DNA of 45,147 bases from Bigelowiella natans CCMP2755 (Eukaryota > Protista > Cercozoa): the NCBI GenBank assembly GCA_000320545.1, contig ADNK01002100.1:1-45147 (forward strand), read 5' to 3'. Below the pieces are notes generated by a model. That model saw only the letters and a list, made by a program, of their open reading frames with translations. It ran no database searches and had not been told where the DNA came from. The translations under genes and the position numbers were made by a program. Shown piece by piece: positions 23,613-31,248 of the stretch (its first letter is position 1; each line of letters starts with the position of its first letter).

Positions 23613-26600
23613 ATGTCACAGCAGCTAGAAGAACAGCAGGACTTTGGCTCGCAGGCCGTGCAAGGGCACGAGCAGAAACAGGAAAGGAAGGGCGATACGG
23701 ACGCTAAGGAAGGAGGAGGAACACCTCCACAGGCACCGCCGGGACCAGCACCCGGGATTAAGAAAGCAGATGCAGCAGCAGAGGCACTGGAGAACTTCTA
23801 CGAGGCGGACGACGAGGACGTGGCCGCCGAAAGCAAGAAGGTCGTAATGGCATTACGAGCCTTGCGACCCAGGGCGAGCAACTACGCCAAACTGAAAGTA
23901 TCGATAGAATACAAGTATCAGACACATGATGTTTGGGCAGCTATCATGCAGGACATCATGGATTACGAAGCAGACTTACCTCCAGAGTGGGCAGCTTTGT
24001 TTAGGAACGACGGGGGTCTGGGCGCCTCGCGGGGGACGACCCAGAGCACCGTCAAGCAGCAGCAGCCGGTACAGCGGAACACCCAGTTCATGTCTGTTAA
24101 AACAGCACCGGTTATGATAACGAAATACAACGGGAAAAGAGGTGAGGCAAGGAGGTGGTGGAAGAACGCTAGGAGTATACTCTGCGACTTTACCCCTAAC
24201 CCCACCGAAAACGACAAGCTCAAATGGCTAGCTATAATAAAGCAAGCCATGGACCTTTACGAGACAGGCAGGACCCGGATCAGGCAGCTAGAGAAAATAC
24301 ACACTACAGTTAGTGGACTACGAGACGTTGAGGCGATAATGAAGGCTTTTGTAAATGAACAGGATGCTAACTCCCTACCCCAGGCTATTAGAAAATACAG
24401 AGCAATGATGCAGCATGAGAGAGAACCTGTTAGAGACTTTGCCACGCGCTTCCAGGATATGATCGACGAACTACATGATTTTAATTACAACACAGGTGAT
24501 GATCAGGCAAGGTTTGAAGAGTTCAAGTTAAAGATAAAGGAATCCACTTACGTTACGGAGAAAGGCTACACCACGATGGAGGCAGCAGTGCAGGCTATAT
24601 CCCTACGCGAGCAGGAGCAGGACCGCAAGTTTACCAGCCCTAAGGTACCTGGCATAGGAAACATTAACGCTATTAAGCCGCAGCGAGACTGGTACAAGGA
24701 CAGGGAAGGTAACCGACGTTGCGGATACTGCTCACGTAAAGGGAAACACACCGCTAAAGACTGCAGAGACAGGAAAGAAGGACGACCCAGGATGACGATC
24801 AGGCAGCTCAACGAACACTACGAGAAGTTAAAGAGAAAGAAAGGCAGAGGACAAGGATATAACAACAGCAAATGGCAAGGCAGCAACAACGGGAAGAACA
24901 ATAAATATAAGAACAAAAAGCAGAACAGTATCAATGCTATACAGCAGCAGATAAACGGAATATTAGATCACCTTAAGCAGGCGCCGACGAAGACAGCAGT
25001 ACCAGCAACGCAGGACCAAGACAAGCCCATGACCCTAGACGACATAAAGAACTTAGGAGTATGCAACATTAATGACGAAGACGCTAACAGGACTATCAAA
25101 GTTGCTATGACCAAGGTTAAAGTTAAAGACAGCTACGGAGACTACAAGAAACTACCTGCCCTTTGGGATAGTGGCAGCATGCCGAAGTCCTTCATAAGCC
25201 TAAGCACAGTAAGAAGGTTAGGACTATTGGATCAAGTGACTAAGAAAGAACGTAAATATGCTCAAGCAGACGGAAGCTCTTCCATGAAGACCGTCGGTGA
25301 GCTAATGCTAAAGCTACAGATACCTGGCAGCGACGCGGAGACCCAAATCAAGACCCGAGTAGCCATGACTTTATCCATGGAACTACTCCTCGGACAGGAT
25401 GCCCTAGAAAAATTAGGGGGGATCATATCATTCTACAATCACAAGATATACTTTGCTAAGTTGCCAAAGAAGTCAGGCAGGACCATCAGCCAGAACATGA
25501 TACGGCTTGACGAGTGGACCTCTGAGTCAAGCGTTAATGCGTTAGAGTTTATGGACCTAGCGGACAACAAGCTACCTACACCTACCGAGCTACGGAAGAA
25601 GAACCCCGGCAAGACCATCCGACAGATAACGGAGCTACTGGACAAGACCCCCCCAGCTGATGATTGGGATATCGACAAAGGCAAAAAGTACATTAATAAA
25701 ATATTAAACGAGAAGTACTCTGACATCACCAAGCCGACGACGAAGCCCTCCAGCAAGCTTACCCCAGTAAAGATCGAGCTAAAGAAGGGATACGAAGAGT
25801 GCATCATCAATGACCCAGAACATAGGCGACCGGAAGCGGACTGGGAAAAGATAGAGTGGCAGATCAATGAATGGGCAAAGGAAGGGAAGATAGAGCCAAG
25901 CAACTCACCATGGAACGTGAGACATGTGCTAGCTAAGAAACCTACTTACCCTTTCTTCCGCCTGGCGCACAACTTCATCCGCCACAACCGAGTAATAAAG
26001 AGGATCCAGACACCTACACCAAGGATAGATGACGTTATTGAACACGTCATAGGATACAAATACTACTCTTCCCTAGATAAAAATGAATCATACATGCAGA
26101 CACCCATCCACAAAACCTCCCGCCCCATTACCGCGTTCTCCAGCAGGCACAGGAAGTGGCACTTCGTCGTATTCCCTTACGGCCTAAGCATATCAGGGGA
26201 TGCGTTCAGTAGTCAGAACTACAGGGCATACACACATGATGGGATGGCGTCTGTGTTGTGGGTGTTTGTGTTTGTGTATGTGGATGATGACATAATATGT
26301 ACCAACACAGTCGTCGCTCAGATCTTCCTCCTGGAAAATATATTTATTAGGTTTGCACACTTCGGTTTTACTATTAGACTGCAGAAGTGTACATTCCTAG
26401 CTACAAGAATCAAGTGGTGTGGATATTACCTGGAGCAAGGCCGCATCACCCCAAACCCCGAGAAAGTAGCAGCACTACAGCAAGCCCCTAAACCTAAGAA
26501 TGCAAAGGAGTTAAAGTCATTCTTGCAGACTGCAGCTTGGATACTACGTAGGTTCTCCCCTACCTACGCTAGGACTGCAGCTGCTTTTACTACTGCTTAC

Positions 26601-28586
26601 CGGAAGGAGAACTCTGTAGGCCTCAGCTTCGCTAAGGTGTGGGCCAAGGCTGGCCTTGATGCCCACTTCGATAACCTAATAAAGTTATGCAGCAACACCC
26701 TATTGAATGCTAAGCTAGACACTACTAGACCAGCTACCCTATGGACAGACTGGTCTAAGCTAGGTATGGCTGCTGTACTTACCCAAGACCAGCAGATCAT
26801 ACGGGTGTGGGGCAGGGCCTGCACAGCAGCTGAGGCCAAGTACAGCCCTACAAAAGGAGAATATAAAGCCATGACTGAGGCGCAGAGGAAACTAAGATAC
26901 TACCTGCTGTCGGTGCCCAGCTTCACCTTAATGACTGACCACAAGCCCCTCCTAGGCATCGACCGCAAGCTCGAAGCGCCTAACGATGAGTATGCAGCTA
27001 TGAGGGCGGACACGGAAGAGTTTAGGGACAAGAGGACAGTGGTCTACGCACCAGGAGACAAGCAGCTTGCTGACTATTTCAGCAGGCTGTTCGAAAAGAA
27101 AGTCCCTACCCAGGTCACCCCTATGGTTAACGCGATTACCTTCGAGGACGGCGACTTCCTGCCTGAGCCAGAGGAGCTCCAGCACCTTCAAGAACACCTG
27201 GATAAATACAAACACAAGCATGAGGTACTTAGTGATAGGATATATGTATACACTAATAATGTTAGGCGTACCTACGTGCCACGGCGGACCAGGGGAGCCC
27301 TTCTCTTTACCGCCCATGGACCTGCACACGTAGGAGAAAACCATATCACTGCTCTACTCTACCATTACTACTGGCCCTACAAGCTAAAAGAGATAAGGAC
27401 ATACCTGCGTGGCTGCAGGTGCTCCAGCTTGAAGGCGGCAGGCGTCGCCACCAAGGAGTCCAGCAAGAGCCGTGCATCTAAGAAAATCAAAGCAAGGAAC
27501 TTCTTAGATATCGTGCAAATTGATGTTTATAAGTACGATGGCTATCACTACCTTACCTTCGTTGATGTGGCCACTGGAAAGTGCTGGGTTAAAAAGATTA
27601 TCAAGGTCAACGTTGCTAAGAAGAACAAAGGCTTATATAAGCAGAGGCTTACTAACTGCTACCGTACCTGGGAGTCTGAGCTCCAGGCTATCCCTGATGA
27701 AGTTAGCATAAACAAGATACCAAAGAAGTTACATGTGGATAATGAGACCTCTCTTCTACAGCTACCACACCCTAATATTGATGCCTCACCTGTATACTAT
27801 GCCCAGTCCAACTCCAAGGTAGAGCGACTCCACCGCACCTTGGCCAACCTAAGCAGGATAAATAGCACCACACCAGACAAGATACAAGGGTTAGTAAACG
27901 ACACCTTCACGTCTGGGGGAGGTATCAAGGATAAGGAGAGGGAAGAAGGCGACGACAACGACGACGATACCGAGAGCGAAGACGAGAAGGTCCCGTACGA
28001 TGGCCGAGTTCTAAAGGAAGGACAGTATGTTAGGGCCAAGGTAAATCTGAGATCGAGAAATAAACAAGACCCCTTCTGGGGTGGCGTTGCAAAGGTTACC
28101 GAGAGGAAGGGGAGGAAGCAGTACTACATCTATGATGGGAACAGGGTCACCTTGCGCCACATCAGTCACCTAAAGAATTATGATATCGGTGAGAAGCTCC
28201 TAGAGGATGTTAAAGTAAACCCTACTGTGTGGGAGCGAGCAATGCCTTGTTTAGGACCCCGACCTAAGTTCGATGTGGAATATGGAAACAATAAGGTCAG
28301 GGTGAACGACGATTGGCGCATGAAGATTGTCTATCTAGGCTACCCTGGATTACGAAATATGGAGAGGGTAGCTATGAAAATAAAGGACGGAAAATATCAG
28401 CTACTCTACCTAGCTGTTCCCGACTTACCCTTTGAGCACTGGTATAAGGTCCTGGGGGACCTTGATGCAGAGGGCTGGTATGGACACGAACCTAAGGACG
28501 AAGGTGAGTTCTGGGTAAGCGACAAAGGAGATAAGGTTAGAGAGGAATCTATTACCTGGTGGTTGGTGAAGTTCCGAAAGCGATGA
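23613..28586 (+). CDS. Gag-Pol polyprotein (1657 aa, single frame): Gag, Zn knuckle, aspartic protease, RT, RNase H, integrase, GPY/F-SH3-like domain, C-terminal adenine-MTase-like domain
   Basis: Zn knuckle CGYCSRKGKHTAKDC; protease ALWDSGS; RT SLDKNESYMQ, TAF, FPYGL, YVDD, KCTF; RNase H LWTDWS, GEYKAM, TDHKPL, ADYFSR; integrase HGPAH..CRC, QID, VDN, SNSKVER; then KQDPFWGG..HISHLKNY. Confidence 0.97.
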   Translation: MSQQLEEQQDFGSQAVQGHEQKQERKGDTDAKEGGGTPPQAPPGPAPGIKKADAAAEALENFYEADDEDVAAESKKVVMALRALRPRASNYAKLKVSIEYKYQTHDVWAAIMQDIMDYEADLPPEWAALFRNDGGLGASRGTTQSTVKQQQPVQRNTQFMSVKTAPVMITKYNGKRGEARRWWKNARSILCDFTPNPTENDKLKWLAIIKQAMDLYETGRTRIRQLEKIHTTVSGLRDVEAIMKAFVNEQDANSLPQAIRKYRAMMQHEREPVRDFATRFQDMIDELHDFNYNTGDDQARFEEFKLKIKESTYVTEKGYTTMEAAVQAISLREQEQDRKFTSPKVPGIGNINAIKPQRDWYKDREGNRRCGYCSRKGKHTAKDCRDRKEGRPRMTIRQLNEHYEKLKRKKGRGQGYNNSKWQGSNNGKNNKYKNKKQNSINAIQQQINGILDHLKQAPTKTAVPATQDQDKPMTLDDIKNLGVCNINDEDANRTIKVAMTKVKVKDSYGDYKKLPALWDSGSMPKSFISLSTVRRLGLLDQVTKKERKYAQADGSSSMKTVGELMLKLQIPGSDAETQIKTRVAMTLSMELLLGQDALEKLGGIISFYNHKIYFAKLPKKSGRTISQNMIRLDEWTSESSVNALEFMDLADNKLPTPTELRKKNPGKTIRQITELLDKTPPADDWDIDKGKKYINKILNEKYSDITKPTTKPSSKLTPVKIELKKGYEECIINDPEHRRPEADWEKIEWQINEWAKEGKIEPSNSPWNVRHVLAKKPTYPFFRLAHNFIRHNRVIKRIQTPTPRIDDVIEHVIGYKYYSSLDKNESYMQTPIHKTSRPITAFSSRHRKWHFVVFPYGLSISGDAFSSQNYRAYTHDGMASVLWVFVFVYVDDDIICTNTVVAQIFLLENIFIRFAHFGFTIRLQKCTFLATRIKWCGYYLEQGRITPNPEKVAALQQAPKPKNAKELKSFLQTAAWILRRFSPTYARTAAAFTTAYRKENSVGLSFAKVWAKAGLDAHFDNLIKLCSNTLLNAKLDTTRPATLWTDWSKLGMAAVLTQDQQIIRVWGRACTAAEAKYSPTKGEYKAMTEAQRKLRYYLLSVPSFTLMTDHKPLLGIDRKLEAPNDEYAAMRADTEEFRDKRTVVYAPGDKQLADYFSRLFEKKVPTQVTPMVNAITFEDGDFLPEPEELQHLQEHLDKYKHKHEVLSDRIYVYTNNVRRTYVPRRTRGALLFTAHGPAHVGENHITALLYHYYWPYKLKEIRTYLRGCRCSSLKAAGVATKESSKSRASKKIKARNFLDIVQIDVYKYDGYHYLTFVDVATGKCWVKKIIKVNVAKKNKGLYKQRLTNCYRTWESELQAIPDEVSINKIPKKLHVDNETSLLQLPHPNIDASPVYYAQSNSKVERLHRTLANLSRINSTTPDKIQGLVNDTFTSGGGIKDKEREEGDDNDDDTESEDEKVPYDGRVLKEGQYVRAKVNLRSRNKQDPFWGGVAKVTERKGRKQYYIYDGNRVTLRHISHLKNYDIGEKLLEDVKVNPTVWERAMPCLGPRPKFDVEYGNNKVRVNDDWRMKIVYLGYPGLRNMERVAMKIKDGKYQLLYLAVPDLPFEHWYKVLGDLDAEGWYGHEPKDEGEFWVSDKGDKVREESITWWLVKFRKR

Positions 28587-28628
28587 AGGTCTAAGGGAAT
28601 AAGGAAGGAAGGAAGGAGCAACGTGACT

Positions 28629-28637
28629 TGGGGGAGG
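28629..28637 (+). promoter_or_regulatory. Polypurine tract (PPT)
   Basis: (t)gggggagg abuts the 3' LTR TG and is preceded by the purine run aagggaataaggaaggaaggaaggag. Confidence 0.85.
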
Positions 28638-28963
28638 TGTAGCGCGTACCACTACGCGGGCACAAGTCACGTGCGACAACAAAGGGGTTGTCGCGGATAT
28701 AGAATATAGATAACGTAGATATTAATACAGCATAGGCACGTGGGTTCCGGCGGGACTCATGGCAGCACACCGGAAGTGTGCTGCCCCACGTGCGGCGGCA
28801 TTCGCGAAAGCTTCGCGAATGATTACGCAGTGCACGATTTAATAAAAATATAATCTTTAATAAAAATAAACACAACTCTTCAAAAGGAAGCAAACGTGCC
28901 TTTCCCCCCCCCTGCCTACTTGTGCACGTAGCGCCTCGGCCTGTGAACACCTTACGCGCAACA
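28638..28963 (+). repeat. 3' LTR (326 bp)
   Basis: Same sequence as 23248-23573 on visual comparison. Confidence 0.97.
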
Positions 28964-29722
28964 TTGTCACGTGCACACGTGGAACCGCATTGGCAGTCAT
29001 CGTGGACAGGGAGCAAAACGAGACTGAACGCTTGACGGCAACCGAAACAGAAGCGCGCACTGCACAATGAACAATGAACAATGAATGATGATGAAGAACT
29101 GCACTTCCAAAATGCAACAAGACACTTGCAGTGTGCGAAACGCAGTGCCTCGAACCAACTTTGGTGAGGACTGTCCAGTGAAACCAAAAGGAATCAAGAA
29201 TGGCATTGTGGCCACTCCTCCGTTCCTGGTTTTGTTCATTGTTTTCAGTGCCAACTTCAGGACCACGCATCCCCAAATCCTGTCGTGATGGTTTGCTCGT
29301 GCTTGGAGATCACCAAGCAAGAACACCACACCTGCGAACCCCAAGAGAACAATCGTGATGGACATGGTGATGCAAATGCATGCATTCACAATGATCCCAC
29401 AGACCACACCTTCATGGTCTGCTGCACTCATCATGCATGCCCACCACAAACATCCCCAGCTTTTGCGGAGACATTGCCCTCACTGGAAGGCATGAAGATG
29501 GAGGAGGATGCACTCTTCGTTCCTGGTCCATTTGGACAGCGAGCTTCGCAATGACCACAACTTCCCCGGCTTTTGCGGAGACAAAGCCCCCATCATTGCA
29601 ATTGGAAGCACTGGCTTCACGCCAACCACAACATCCCCGGCCCAATGGAGACATTGCCTGGAGGGCACAAAGTTTGAGGAGGACACCTTCATCCTGACGG
29701 GATTCATCCGGGGTGAACGTTG

Positions 29723-30180
29723 GATGCAGATCCGAAAATCCTTCACTTGGCATCCAATTCTCCGGTGGCCTGCCCCACCGGTGAACAGGAATGTGGTGCA
29801 GGGATGAGGGGAAAAGCCACCCTCGTGACCGAAAAACCCACCACCCAGTGCCATTTCGGCGAATGCAACTTTGAATCTTGAACACAGATCCATGCATCCT
29901 TCGTTTGGCCACCGAGTCACCGGTGGCTGGGGTGACAAGTCTGTCTGCCCCACCAGTGACCAGGAATGTGGTTCAGGGGTGGGAGGTGACCAACCCCCCC
30001 GCTGGCCCGCCCATTGCCGCATCACACCAATTTTTTTCCGAATGCAACTTTGAATCTTGAATGCAGATCCATGCGTCCTTCGTCTGGCTGCCTGGTCACC
30101 GGTGGCTGGGGCGACATGTCTGTCCATCCCACCGGTGTCCAGGAATGTGGTTCAGGGGTAGGAGGTGACCAAACCCCCAC
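29723..30180 (+). repeat. ~179-bp tandem repeat: two clear copies (from 29860 and 30039) plus a more degenerate copy from ~29723
   Basis: cgaatgcaactttgaatcttgaa..cagatccatgc.tccttcgt..gg...caccggtggctgggg.gaca.gtctgtc...ccacc.gtg.ccaggaatgtggttcaggggt.ggaggtgaccaa recurs with period 179. Confidence 0.9.
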
Positions 30181-30558
30181 CCACATCACCGCATCGCGCC
30201 GCATCGGCGAAATTTTTCAAGAATCAACCGTGCGCACACCGCATCGAGGTTGCAAGAATGCTTCGATTGCATGCACGAAGACAAAGACACAATGAAATGA
30301 GTGGAAACGAACAGATGCAAAATGGGCGCTGTGACCCGCTAGCTAGCGCAGCGCAGCACAGTGGGCTACATTAGTCAACATTAGGATGACAATTTGAAAC
30401 ATGATGCATTCAATGAATTTGTTACGTCCGTCTCATGCATGTGCATGCTTGAACAAATTAATGTATCTTTGCATGGACACAATCTTACAGTCAACATCAA
30501 CGCGTCTATTCGCTGCAATGCTACCACTTCTCGGCACGTAAGCTTGCACATTTTATTC

Positions 30559-31213
30559 TCATAGTAAGGGCACTGAGGTAGACGTTTCTGGGGCCTCAAC
30601 TACCCCATCATCACCGTCATCGTCTTCCACATTCGCCCATTGTGCCATATTAATGCACGTTGGGATACCGACCATCGCAAGTGCCACTTTTAGATCTGAA
30701 AATCGGCGACATAGTAAATTTCAGATGATGCTACGTACGTGATGCAAGCGTTGGGAAGTTGGTATATCGATTTCTACGCTATGATTGCTCTGATTGCCAG
30801 ATTTAAAGCACCAGAATTCACATCAGATGGGATTCTGGGTCTTGCTTGGACAACGAGATCATTATGCTTTCATCATTATCATCATCATTACATCACCATT
30901 GTAGTGCTACCGCAATGACGTACCCGGATGGAAAGGGAAGTTCAGGAAGGGCTCCCCATACTTCGTAGCGTAGCTAAGAAGCCCTACAATGAGGGTCAGC
31001 TTGACCGCTTCCAGATTGAAATGATGATTATGAAATAACACACGTGAGAATGCACAAAGATAATGAGACAATGGGTTGGTATTCTATCAACCAATCGCAT
31101 GTTCAAAGAAAAATGACATTAGGCTTTAATATCTCCTCCCCCTCCAACCTCGATTTTGGAAATATGAGCTAGCCAGAAGCACCGTTCATGTCTTTACTAC
31201 TACGATACAGCCA

Positions 31214-31248
<35 letters not shown>

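Larger units (their letters stand above)
23248..28963 (+). mobile_element. Complete, intact Ty3/Gypsy LTR retrotransposon (5716 bp) with 4-bp TSD TTGT
   Basis: Two 326-bp LTRs with TG..CA ends that look identical by eye. TSD ttgt at 23244-23247 and 28964-28967. PBS, PPT and a single Gag-PR-RT-RH-IN ORF in Ty3/Gypsy order are present. Confidence 0.98.

Noticed and set aside
28206-28586. Chromodomain or Env as the identity of the integrase tail
   Set aside because: No chromodomain aromatic-cage pattern (Y.VE.I..YLVKW.GY..TWEP), signal peptide or transmembrane helix; the alpha/beta MTase-like pattern fits better.
23248-28963. DIRS element, suggested by the MTase-like domain
   Set aside because: It has a protease, a DDE integrase, direct TG..CA LTRs and a TSD, and no tyrosine recombinase.
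28964-30339. CpG methylation decay or classical RIP as the sole cause of the TG/CA excess
   Set aside because: CG remains frequent, and neither process removes TA (RIP creates it). A minor CpG contribution is not excluded.
28857-30374. Dense overlapping ORFs as functional genes
   Set aside because: Explained by the absence of TAA/TAG stops in TA-free DNA; no domain motifs.
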